64,000 nucleotides of DNA, from the NCBI GenBank assembly GCA_020630095.1, contig JAHDCD010000001.1, positions 133,698 through 197,697 of the forward strand. The letters are read 5' to 3'. The notes beneath the pieces are model-generated. The model saw only the letters and a list, made by a program, of their open reading frames with translations. It had not been told where the DNA came from and did not search any database. Every line of letters begins with the position of its first letter. Position 1 is the stretch's first letter. Both the position numbers and the translations under genes were made by a program. Source of the stretch: Rickettsiales bacterium (GTDB lineage: Bacteria > Pseudomonadota > Alphaproteobacteria > Rickettsiales > UBA8987). This document shows, piece after piece, positions 50,877 to 59,430 of the stretch.

Positions 50877-50954
50877 TACCAAGGGGGCTTGCCCCGTGGA
50901 TCGTTTACTATAATATTTGTTGCATCTCGTTACTATCAGTTTTAGGAGTTTATT

Positions 50955-51383
50955 ATGAAGAAAATTTTATTACCAATTTTTGTATTACTATTATTACCGG
51001 CATTTTCTAAGGCGGAAGCTATAGATATTTCTGGTGTATACTGGAATAAAGAGAAGGATGCACAAATATCTATTTATCCGAAAGAAGATGGTAAATTTTA
51101 TGGTTCAATTGTTTGGAATAAAACTCCAAAGAAAAGAGATGTTAATAACCCAGACCCCAATTTGCGTGATAGACCTGTTAGAGGTTTAGAGATTTTAAGC
51201 GGTTTTGAATATAACCCTAAAAATGGCAAATGGATTAATGGTAAGATTTATGATCCTAAGAAAGGAAAAACCTACAAATGTAAAATGTGGTTTAAAGATG
51301 GCAAGTCTAACGTGCTTAATATCCGTGGTTACATGGGCATTTCTTTAATTGGACGTACAAGTCAGTTCTATAAAATTAAGTAA
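50955..51383 (+). CDS. Secreted DUF2147-family protein
   Basis: Signal peptide. GKIYDPKKGKTYKCKMWF...LNIRGYMGISLIGRT is the DUF2147 pattern. Confidence 0.75.
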   Translation: MKKILLPIFVLLLLPAFSKAEAIDISGVYWNKEKDAQISIYPKEDGKFYGSIVWNKTPKKRDVNNPDPNLRDRPVRGLEILSGFEYNPKNGKWINGKIYDPKKGKTYKCKMWFKDGKSNVLNIRGYMGISLIGRTSQFYKIK

Positions 51384-51384
51384 A

Positions 51385-52011
51385 TTGAAATTAGGTTTAT
51401 ACATAGTTGTCGTATTGAGCAGTTTAGCGCTGTTTTACTTCTACCCTGAAGTTGACCTAAAGCTTTCGCAATTTATTTATAATAAATTAGATGGGTTTTT
51501 GCCTGAAACCTTTCCGATTACTTTGGTAAGTTATATATTGTGGGGAGTTATATTGCTCTTCTTACTTATTGTACCAACTTATATGGCCTATAAATATAGT
51601 TGGAAGATATTATTAATACCAATTTTAACTGTTTTTATAATTCATATTATTCCTGAATATGCTTTTAAACAGCAGTGGGAGCGCCCTCGTCCGGTTGAGG
51701 TAATACAGTTTGGTGGCGATGAGTTATTTGAATCTATTTACGAAGTTGAAGCTGGTATAAAAGTTCCGGAGACTATTAAGTCTGAGTCTAATAATTCTTT
51801 TATATCTCGTCATACTTTAGCGGCAGCTTACGTTGTGATTATATTTGGTGGCTTCACGCCAATTGGAAGCTTTTTGCTTTTGTTAGTTATTCTATCTAGG
51901 CTTGTTACGGGGAATCATTTTATTTCAGATTGCATTTTTGCGGTTCTTTTAATATACCCTCTTACATTCGCGGATATGCGTAAAAGAATTAATAAAGAAA
52001 ACACAGAATAA
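51385..52011 (+). CDS. PAP2-family membrane phosphatase
   Basis: KQQWERPRP (Kx6RP), SRHT, and SRLVTGNHFISD (SRx5Hx3D). TTG start at 51385 just after the upstream stop; the ORF track starts at 51349. Confidence 0.7.
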   Translation: MKLGLYIVVVLSSLALFYFYPEVDLKLSQFIYNKLDGFLPETFPITLVSYILWGVILLFLLIVPTYMAYKYSWKILLIPILTVFIIHIIPEYAFKQQWERPRPVEVIQFGGDELFESIYEVEAGIKVPETIKSESNNSFISRHTLAAAYVVIIFGGFTPIGSFLLLLVILSRLVTGNHFISDCIFAVLLIYPLTFADMRKRINKENTE

Positions 52012-52013
52012 AA

Positions 52014-52538
52014 ATGAATATAGATAAAATCTCAATTGGTAAAAATGCACCTTCAGACGTTAACGTAGTTATCGAAATTCCTCAGAATGCTCCGGGTGTT
52101 AAATATGAAGTAGATAAAGACTCAGGCGCTGTTTTTGTGGACAGATTCCTTTCTGCGCCAATGTTTTACCCATGTAATTATGGTTTTATTCCTAATACTC
52201 TTTCTGGAGATGGTGACCCTGTAGATGTTCTTGTGGTTGCTCCTTATGAGATTGCTGTTGGTGCGGTTCTTCGTTCGCGCCCTATTGGTGTATTGGTTAT
52301 GGAAGATGAAGATGGTCAGGATGAAAAGATTCTTGCTGTTCCAGCTGATAAAATGACTCCGCTTTATAAAGATGTTAAGTCTTATAAAGATTTACCGCCA
52401 CTTTTAATTGAACAAATTACTCACTTCTTTGAGCGCTATAAAGATTTAGAGAAGAATAAATGGGTTAAAGTTAAAGAATGGGGTAATGCTGAAGATGCTG
52501 AAAAGATGATTCTTGAAGGTATCGCCCGCGCTAAATAG
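52014..52538 (+). CDS. ppa: Inorganic pyrophosphatase
   Basis: 174 aa. NVVIEIPQN, YPCNYGFIP, DGDPVDVLV. Confidence 0.95.
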   Translation: MNIDKISIGKNAPSDVNVVIEIPQNAPGVKYEVDKDSGAVFVDRFLSAPMFYPCNYGFIPNTLSGDGDPVDVLVVAPYEIAVGAVLRSRPIGVLVMEDEDGQDEKILAVPADKMTPLYKDVKSYKDLPPLLIEQITHFFERYKDLEKNKWVKVKEWGNAEDAEKMILEGIARAK

Positions 52539-52540
52539 TT

Positions 52541-52797
52541 GAATTTTCCAGAATATAGAAAATTTATTTTATTCTAAAAATTTTAAAAAATAATATTTAG
52601 AGGCTGGAATCTAAAAAAATCTTTATATTTCAATAGACCTTAGGATTTATCCTATAAAAAATGGTTTAAAAAACGTTCAAAAATGGGCGTTTTTTAACAA
52701 AAAATGACGATTTTTTTAATAAAATCATACATTCCTTTTTGGTTATTCACGATGTTGAGTTGATATTATCACGTAGAATATACTCCGGAAGTGATGT
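52541..52797. repeat. Dispersed ~260-bp non-coding repeat, copy R2
   Basis: Same ordered sequence blocks as 21884..22148, in direct orientation. Contains the conserved hairpin aaaaaacg...cgtttttt. Confidence 0.6.
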
Positions 52798-52798
52798 A

Positions 52799-53527
52799 TT
52801 AATTGCTCTTCTTGGCGTTTTGTTTAAGTAGAACTTTTGAGGTGAAATAGCCTTTTTCTTTAGTTTCTGAAATGGTCTTTTTATTTACGCTTTTTTCTTT
52901 CGTTGAATCTGATTTGCGCTTATAGGTATTTTCCTTTGCTGTTATAATATAGCCGCCTTTAGATTCTGAAATTTTATCATTTAATTCAATGGTTAAGGTG
53001 AATTTCTTAACGCCTTTTCCGGATTTATATTTCTTGCCATAAATCATAATATGCAATGCGTTACGTGCTGGAATTGACCTTTGAGGATATTGTTCTTGCA
53101 GTTCTTGTAAGTCTGATTCAGCTTCTTCAATGGTTTTGTAGATATAACCGGATTCAACTTTACGTAATATGGGGTGAAGCCAGTCTGGGTGTTGCTTGCT
53201 GGTATCGTAACGCTTCATTGGGTGGATAGATAGTTTTGCTTCAAGTTTTTTTACTTTAAAGCCCCATTTTTTATCTTTTAATGGCGCTATATCAATAGTG
53301 GCGTAATTACCGTAAAAGCCTTTTTGAGACTCTTCTTTTGTTACGTTATATTCTTTTATCCAGATTATTAGGGTATCTTCATCTTCTGTGTTTAGCTTAG
53401 ATGTTATGAAGCGTTTGCGAATGTCCAGCAATGTGTTTTTGGCATCTTGTTTGCTTAGAAAACTATATCTATTTTCTACTATGGCGGCAATTTTAGGATG
53501 CTTTATGTAGGCGTAAACTGGTTTCAT
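52799..53527 (-). CDS. Lys-rich ORFan protein (~242 aa)
   Basis: ORF 52799..53539. ATG at 53527 (MKPVYAY) is preferred over the TTG at 53539. Has the box promoter. Confidence 0.6.
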   Translation of the reverse strand: MKPVYAYIKHPKIAAIVENRYSFLSKQDAKNTLLDIRKRFITSKLNTEDEDTLIIWIKEYNVTKEESQKGFYGNYATIDIAPLKDKKWGFKVKKLEAKLSIHPMKRYDTSKQHPDWLHPILRKVESGYIYKTIEEAESDLQELQEQYPQRSIPARNALHIMIYGKKYKSGKGVKKFTLTIELNDKISESKGGYIITAKENTYKRKSDSTKEKSVNKKTISETKEKGYFTSKVLLKQNAKKSN

Positions 53528-53535
53528 GCAGTTTA

Positions 53536-53568
53536 ACAATATTAGGTATAATTTAATAAAAGGTTAAG
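53536..53568 (-). promoter_or_regulatory. CtrA-type box (near-perfect) plus -10 for ORF 52799..53527
   Basis: Plus strand 53553-53568 is TTAAtaaaaggTTAAg. In gene orientation: TTAA, 11 nt, TATTGT (53541-53536), 8 nt, ATG 53527. Confidence 0.45.
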
Positions 53569-53638
53569 AAAATTAAGAAATAGCACCTCCCCCGTGAGGG
53601 GAAGATGCTACCAAAAAAATGAAAATAAGGCTGTGTGG

Positions 53639-54127
53639 TTAGTTTCTAACTAGGTCAGTACTAAGCACTGGAAGCTTAAAAATTAATTTATAAGTTCCAT
53701 TAGCCTTTTTTATAACGCTAAAACCCTCAATCTCTACTGCGTACAGAAGAATATCCAATAATATGGAAAGCTCTGTAATCTCAATAGAGTGAGTTCTACC
53801 TTCAGTTTCGTAATGAAAGCGAACGGATCGTATTTGTTGTACGATGGGTTCTTCATTATTAACCTTAACAAAGGCCGACGAGGCGTTATCCTTGAGCAGA
53901 AGCCCGATTACGTTCTCGTTGTCGGTTTGAGTTATCTTGATTGAATCAAGACCTTCTTCCATCTCGAAAGATTGGAAGTAGAAAAACTTCCCCGATGTTG
54001 TTTCAATGCGAATAAGAGGCTCTCCCTCAAATGCATTGGTTGCGGTAGTTGTGGCGTTGGCGTTATTTGTGGCGACTCCGAAAAGTGCCACGATAATGGC
54101 TGCTGCGAACGAGTTATTCAATTTCAT
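53639..54127 (-). CDS. Secreted ORFan protein (162 aa)
   Basis: Signal peptide MKLNNSFAAAIIVALFGVATNNANA. No other motif. Confidence 0.6.
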   Translation of the reverse strand: MKLNNSFAAAIIVALFGVATNNANATTTATNAFEGEPLIRIETTSGKFFYFQSFEMEEGLDSIKITQTDNENVIGLLLKDNASSAFVKVNNEEPIVQQIRSVRFHYETEGRTHSIEITELSILLDILLYAVEIEGFSVIKKANGTYKLIFKLPVLSTDLVRN

Positions 54128-54253
54128 TATACTTGTTTTGGTGTGTGTTTGTTGTTGTTATGAATTGTTTTACAACGGTTTACACGAACAAGCGAGAATC
54201 CACAACGGAGACTCACTTAAGTGAAAACGTTGTGAAAACAAGGTTAAGCCCCC

Positions 54254-54285
54254 ATTATATCATATTGTGGTTAAGAAATAGTTAA
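54254..54285 (-). promoter_or_regulatory. CtrA-type box plus TATAAT; long-leader promoter of ORF 53639..54127
   Basis: Minus strand reads TTAActatttcTTAAC (54285->54270), 11 nt, TATAAT (54259->54254). About 120-nt leader with a hairpin and a CA-rich tract. Confidence 0.5.
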
Positions 54286-54289
54286 GAAA

Positions 54290-54322
54290 AAAAACGCCCT
54301 CCAGAAAGGGGAGGACGTTTTC
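54290..54322 (-). terminator. Rho-independent terminator downstream of pepA
   Basis: Minus strand reads aaaacgtcctcccc-tttctg-gagggcg followed by tttttttt. Confidence 0.6.
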
Positions 54323-54607
54323 GGTCTGTATTTTTAAGTTCTTTTTATCGAACAGCGCAATTAAGGCAGGTTACAGAAAACCAATTCCTTCCTAGTTAGG
54401 GTAAACTATTACAGGAAGAAAATCCTTAGCCACTACAGCTATCGTACCAATGACGATAATGGGGCCAAGGATTGTACTGGCTGCTAGGCACAAAATAAAA
54501 AACCATGCACAAAACCTTAGGTTTGATAAATAATTCCCAAACCATAGATGGATAAAGCGAAATGAACCTTTATTATACCCTAAAAAGGTTGATATAGGGT
54601 TAACTTA

Positions 54608-56113
54608 TTACTTTTCGTAATAGTCGCGTACCATGCGGTCAATTAAGCGTACGCCATAGCCGGATGCTCCCCAAGGGTAAACATCTTCGCCCTTTTCTTT
54701 CCATTCAACGCCGGCGATATCTAAATGCGCCCAAGGTACATCATTTACGAAGCGTTGTAAGAATTGCGCTGCAGTGATTGAGCCGCCGCCATAGCCGTTA
54801 GAAATATTCTGTACGTCTGCGGTTTTAGAGTCGATCATTTTATCGTACTCATCACCCATTGGTAAGCGCCATGTGCGTTCCCCTGAATCTTGTCCCGCTT
54901 TGGTGATGTTTTCTGATAGTTCATCGTTATTTGAGAATAAACCAGAGTAATGATTAGCTAATGATACTACGATTGCGCCGGTTAGAGTTGCAAAGTCTAT
55001 CATGAATTTTGGCTTATATTTATCCTGCGTATACCAAAGGGCATCAGCAAGGACTAGTCTACCTTCGGCATCGGTGTTTAATATCTCGATAGTTTGACCG
55101 GACATTGATTTTACAACGTCCGATGGGCGAGAAGCGTTACCATCTGGCATATTTTCAACTAATCCGATAACGCCGATAGCGTTAACTTTAGCTTTACGTG
55201 ATGCTAGTGCCTTCATAATGCCGCATACCACGCCGGAGCCTGCCATGTCGTATTTCATATCTTCCATGCCTTTAGATGGTTTTAGTGAAATTCCGCCGGT
55301 ATCGAAAGTTACGCCTTTACCAACGAATGCAAGTGGAGCATCGTTTTTAGGGCCGTTTTCATATTTCATTATAACTAGTTGAGACTCTTTAGTTGAGCCC
55401 ATACCTACGGATAATAATGAGCCCATGCCTAGTTTACGCATTTCGCGCTCGCCTAGTACTTCAACTTTTACGCCTAGTCCGCGTAGTTCAGCCTTTACTA
55501 TATCAGAGTAATGTTCTGGGTATAAAATGTTAGGTGGCTCAGAAACTACATCACGCGTTAGGAATACACCTTCATTTACGGCGTGTTGGTCTTGGAATAT
55601 ACTCTCAGCTTCTTCATTATCTTGTGTGAAGAAGTTTAATGACGTTACGGTATTTTCTTTATCATCTAATTTTTTAGTGAAATACTTATTGAATTTATAT
55701 GAACCTAATTCTGCACCAGATGCTGCGTAAGCAGATATTTTAGCTGAAGAGATTCCATTTATAGATACATCACCTAAAGCTGTTACGTTTTCTAGTTTTT
55801 TACCGTTGGCGCATTGTGCAATTTTGCCACCTAGTTTCTCGGCATCTAGTAATGAGAATTTTTCGTCATCTTTTTTATGCGTGCCAATCAGTACAATTAA
55901 GCCATTTTTGGGGGTGTATATGTCTAATTTACCGCCGAATTTGGCTTTAAACTCACGATTTTTAATGGCTGATGTGATAATTCCGTCATTATCGCCGTCA
56001 ATCTTTTGTAAGCCTGAGGGTAATTCTGATACATCTTCTACTAAAATATAAGATGCTGATTTATCTTCATTATTTGGTTTGTAATCTTTTATGTTCTGTA
56101 GCGTAATCTTCAT
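54608..56113 (-). CDS. pepA: Leucyl aminopeptidase (M17)
   Basis: VGKGVTFDTGG, NTDAEGRLVLAD, DIAG. ATG at 56113 (MKITLQ) is preferred; the ORF extends to 56134. Confidence 0.92.
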   Translation of the reverse strand: MKITLQNIKDYKPNNEDKSASYILVEDVSELPSGLQKIDGDNDGIITSAIKNREFKAKFGGKLDIYTPKNGLIVLIGTHKKDDEKFSLLDAEKLGGKIAQCANGKKLENVTALGDVSINGISSAKISAYAASGAELGSYKFNKYFTKKLDDKENTVTSLNFFTQDNEEAESIFQDQHAVNEGVFLTRDVVSEPPNILYPEHYSDIVKAELRGLGVKVEVLGEREMRKLGMGSLLSVGMGSTKESQLVIMKYENGPKNDAPLAFVGKGVTFDTGGISLKPSKGMEDMKYDMAGSGVVCGIMKALASRKAKVNAIGVIGLVENMPDGNASRPSDVVKSMSGQTIEILNTDAEGRLVLADALWYTQDKYKPKFMIDFATLTGAIVVSLANHYSGLFSNNDELSENITKAGQDSGERTWRLPMGDEYDKMIDSKTADVQNISNGYGGGSITAAQFLQRFVNDVPWAHLDIAGVEWKEKGEDVYPWGASGYGVRLIDRMVRDYYEK

Positions 56114-56279
56114 AAGACAACACTTAAGCCCCATTTATTGAAATAATCAAGTGAGAAAAAATTAAATATTAATTATTTTAACGGTTGACAATGGGGGCGC
56201 TGTAGCCAATGCTTTCTAGGCCCTCGCACTGGTGCGGAGCATATATTTTCAACTAATAAACATAATCTAAGGAGATAAA

Positions 56280-57455
56280 ATGTTAAAAAAATTATTACTT
56301 ACTACAGCTATTGCTACTATTGCAGTATCTGCTTCTGCTGGTGAGAGAGATAGCTCTTTCGGTACGCACACAGGTTCACACCTAAATAACGACTTCCACT
56401 CTGGAACTGGTTTCTTTAACGGCGGTATCAGAGGTGGTTCTTCTGCTTCAGCTCAAGCTGAAACTTGGAATGCTTCTTACGAAACTCAAGAAGTTGCTAC
56501 AACTACTTCTTACGAAGCTCCTGTAGCTGCTACAACGTACACTACAACTACTACAGCATCTGCTTCAACTGGTTCTTTTGGTTCTTCTAACCAAGGTCCT
56601 GTTAATGCAAGAGCTGGTGAGTGTTTCGCTAAAATTAAAACTCCAGAAGTAACTAAAGTTGTTAAAGAGCAAGTTCTTGCTACTGAAGCTTCTGAGTCTG
56701 TTTCAATTATTCCTGCACAGTACGAATATGTTGAGCAAGAAATCGTTGTTAAAGAAGCGTCTGAAGAGTTAATCACTATTCCTGCTACTTACACAACTGT
56801 TACTGAAGAAATCGTTGTTCAGCCAGCTCGTGAAGAGTTAGTTACTGTTCCTGCTCAATACGAAACTATTTCTGAGCAAGTATTAGTTCGTCCTGAAACT
56901 ACACAGTGGAAGAAAGGTCGTGGCCCATTAGAAAAAGCTAATGAAATCACTGGTGAAATCATGTGCTTAGTTACTACTCCAGCTCAGTACAAAACTGTTA
57001 CTAGAAAAGTAGTATCTTCTCCAGCTACAACTCAAGCTCGTGTAATCCCAGCTCAAACTAAGACTATCACTAAGCAAGTTGTTGCTGAGCCAGCAAGAGT
57101 TGAAACTCGTGTAATCCCAGCTCAAACTAAGACTGTTAAAACACAAGTTCTAGTACAACCTGCACAAGAAGTTCGTACTCCAATCGAGCCTCAGTACAAA
57201 GAAGTACTTAAGACTGTTGTTGTTCAGCCTGGTGGTTTAGAGTGGAAGCAAATTCTATGTGAAACTAACACTACTGCTGGTGTTGTTAGAAAGATCCAGA
57301 ATGCTTTAGCTAACAAAGGTTACTACAAAGGACCAATTGATGGTATCTATGGTTCTCAAACTACAAATGCTGCTGCTAACTTCCAGCAAGATAACGGCAT
57401 GAGTGGTAACGGTATCACTTTTGAAACTTTAGAATTATTGGGTGTTAGCATCTAG
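56280..57455 (+). CDS. Secreted repeat protein with C-terminal peptidoglycan-binding domain
   Basis: Signal peptide. Repeated xPAQYxTVxxxVVVxPA modules, including an exact 27-nt duplication (57039 and 57108; 23-aa period). C-terminal PG_binding_1-like KGYYKGPIDGIYGSQTTNAAANFQQDNG. Confidence 0.7.
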   Translation: MLKKLLLTTAIATIAVSASAGERDSSFGTHTGSHLNNDFHSGTGFFNGGIRGGSSASAQAETWNASYETQEVATTTSYEAPVAATTYTTTTTASASTGSFGSSNQGPVNARAGECFAKIKTPEVTKVVKEQVLATEASESVSIIPAQYEYVEQEIVVKEASEELITIPATYTTVTEEIVVQPAREELVTVPAQYETISEQVLVRPETTQWKKGRGPLEKANEITGEIMCLVTTPAQYKTVTRKVVSSPATTQARVIPAQTKTITKQVVAEPARVETRVIPAQTKTVKTQVLVQPAQEVRTPIEPQYKEVLKTVVVQPGGLEWKQILCETNTTAGVVRKIQNALANKGYYKGPIDGIYGSQTTNAAANFQQDNGMSGNGITFETLELLGVSI

Positions 57456-57480
57456 TTTCTTCTGAAACTTAAACTTAAGA

Positions 57481-57507
57481 GCCCAGTAAATTTACTGGGC
57501 TTTTTTG
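57481..57507 (+). terminator. Rho-independent terminator
   Basis: gcccagtaaa-tttactgggc followed by ttttttg. Confidence 0.75.
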
Positions 57508-57604
57508 TATCTGCTGAGATGTTTTATGTTTATGTTGATGTTTGTGTGAGTTTTTTTCTTGAAACTCTAAACCCTTACAGCTAGAACCTAACATCTAACA
57601 GTTT

Positions 57605-57678
57605 GGCCCGGTAGCAAAGTGGTAATGCAGGGGATTGCAAATCCTCGATCGTCGGTTCGATTCCGTCCCGGGCCTCCA
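57605..57678 (+). tRNA. tRNA-Cys (anticodon GCA)
   Basis: GGCCCGG acceptor stem, 3-bp D stem, anticodon arm GGGGA-TTGCAAA-TCCTC, T arm GTCGG-TTCGATT-CCGTC (one U-U mismatch), CCGGGCC-T-CCA. 74 nt. Confidence 0.8.
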
Positions 57679-57952
57679 TAAGGATTAGTTTTCCTTTATA
57701 TATTTTATCAGATTTTCATTTGATTGCGACTGCTCGCCGCGGGGCGTCGGTTCGATTTCGTCCCGGGCCTCCATAAGGATTAGTTTTCCTTTATATATTT
57801 TATCAGATTTTCATTTGATTGCGACTGCTCGCCGCGGGGCGTCGGTTCGATTTCGTCCCGGGCCTCCATTTTCTTTCTTTTGAAGTTTTTAATATATCGG
57901 CTTGTATAGCAGTTGTTTCTAGTGGGCGTTGGTTTGAGTTCGTCCTGAGTCT
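57650..57952 (+). repeat. 95-bp tandem repeat re-copying the 3' end of tRNA-Cys
   Basis: cgtcggttcgatt(c/t)cgtcccgggcctcca occurs at 57650 (the real tRNA), 57745 and 57840, with an identical 66-nt spacer. A degenerate fourth copy lies at 57924-57952. Confidence 0.85.
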
Positions 57953-58013
57953 TTTAAGTTAATTTTTTAAGGGGTTATTTAGCTATTATGGCTACTTGCT
58001 GCGTCTAATGGTT

Positions 58014-58319
58014 TTAAATAGTTGATGTTTGTCTGTCTATGTCCCATTCACCTAAGCCTGTAATCTCTGGTGCTCTCATATTGGAGGCTTGACCGTCATA
58101 TAAATCTGTATTTATTTCTAAAAGGGTATCGATGTCTTTTTGTATTTCATCTAATTCAGATAATTCGCACTGCTCAATTCTTTCTATTAAATCTTCATAT
58201 GCGGAAATATCATCTTCAGAGACTTTGCCGTCAGCTAATAATTCTAATAGAGGTTGCCTGATTTCGATTTTAGCTACCTCTATTTTTGCTAGTTCGGCCG
58301 TTGAGGGTTCGTAATTCAT
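58014..58319 (-). CDS. Acidic ORFan protein (101 aa)
   Basis: ORF with the box promoter. Asp/Glu-rich, no motif. Confidence 0.55.
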   Translation of the reverse strand: MNYEPSTAELAKIEVAKIEIRQPLLELLADGKVSEDDISAYEDLIERIEQCELSELDEIQKDIDTLLEINTDLYDGQASNMRAPEITGLGEWDIDRQTSTI

Positions 58320-58325
58320 AAGTTA

Positions 58326-58358
58326 ATTATACAAGTAGTTTATTAAAATAAGGTTAAT
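58326..58358 (-). promoter_or_regulatory. CtrA-type box (near-perfect) plus TATAAT, predicted leaderless promoter of ORF 58014..58319
   Basis: Plus strand 58343-58358 is TTAAaataaggTTAAt and overlaps the zapE stop codon. In gene orientation: TTAA, 11 nt, TATAAT (58331-58326), 6 nt, ATG 58319. Confidence 0.5.
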
Positions 58359-59430
58359 TATTTAGCATTTCATTTAATCGTGATAATGTACGTTTGAATT
58401 CGAAGGATAGTTTGCCTTCTTCTTTGTAGATGTCTTTTAAATCTACTTCGCTTGAGATAAGTATTTCTACTTTTGCTTCATAAGCTACATCAATAAAATT
58501 AATGAAGCGACGAACTAGATTGGTATTATCTATCGATAATTGCTTTAAATTGCTTAAAAAAATTATGTTATATTTCTCGCATATTTTTTTATAATCAGCG
58601 GCGGATAAATTACGTTCGCATAATTCATTAAAATTAGTCCAAAGTAGATTTTCGTAAGTACGCTCAAATACCACGCCGCGCGTTTCGGATACTTTTACAG
58701 ATTCCTTATAGGGTATTTTAGAATTTGTTAGGCGCTTAAATACGTCAAATAGAAACTCCCTGCCCTCTAGGCGCTCACCGATGAATAATTTGTCAGTCGG
58801 TTTTTTATTCTTTTTGCGATAATCAGATTCGCTTTGAAGAGCTAAGACATCATTCTTTTCTTTTAAAAGTTCAATGAAGGGTAGGAAGCGGGTTCTGTTT
58901 AAGCCGTCTTTGTATAATTCATCTGGTACGCGGTTGGAGGTTGCTACCATTACTATGCCATGTTTATAGAGCTTCTTAAATAGACGCCCTAGAATCATAG
59001 CATCGGCTATATCTGTTACTTGGAATTCATCAAAACAGATAAGTAAGTAGCGCTTTGCCAGCATTTTAGCGACCTTTTTAAGGTCTTTTTCTATGCGCAA
59101 TTGTGCGTGTATCATTTCCATGAATTCGTGGAAGTGGATGCGTACTTTATTTTCTATATCTATGCTGTCGTAGAAGATATCCATTAGCATAGACTTACCG
59201 CGTCCTACATCACCCCAGATATATAGACCGTGTGGTTGTTGCAGGTGGAAAAAGCGATTGAGTAAAGAGCCTTTCTTCTTATTATAGGGTATAAGTTCCT
59301 CGCCCAGAGTAACTAGTTTTTCTAATACTCTTATTTGATGAGGGTCTTCGTGAAGCTCACCTGAGCGTACTTTATTTAGATATTTCTCAAGCACTATGAT
59401 TGTAATACGAACAAAGGCAGATTTAAGCAA
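58354..59430 (-). CDS. zapE: AFG1-like ATPase / cell division protein ZapE
   Basis: Walker A GDVGRGKSMLMD and Walker B LICFDEFQV. An alternative GTG start lies at 59394. Confidence 0.8.
   Translation of the reverse strand: MLKSAFVRITIIVLEKYLNKVRSGELHEDPHQIRVLEKLVTLGEELIPYNKKKGSLLNRFFHLQQPHGLYIWGDVGRGKSMLMDIFYDSIDIENKVRIHFHEFMEMIHAQLRIEKDLKKVAKMLAKRYLLICFDEFQVTDIADAMILGRLFKKLYKHGIVMVATSNRVPDELYKDGLNRTRFLPFIELLKEKNDVLALQSESDYRKKNKKPTDKLFIGERLEGREFLFDVFKRLTNSKIPYKESVKVSETRGVVFERTYENLLWTNFNELCERNLSAADYKKICEKYNIIFLSNLKQLSIDNTNLVRRFINFIDVAYEAKVEILISSEVDLKDIYKEEGKLSFEFKRTLSRLNEMLNN

Noticed and set aside
56190-56250. GC-rich patch upstream of the PG-binding protein, considered as a riboswitch or attenuator
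   Set aside because: Only a 5-bp hairpin (tcgca-ctgg-tgcgg) could be folded, with no adjacent U-run, and nothing matches a known riboswitch core. It is mentioned in the finding on that gene only.
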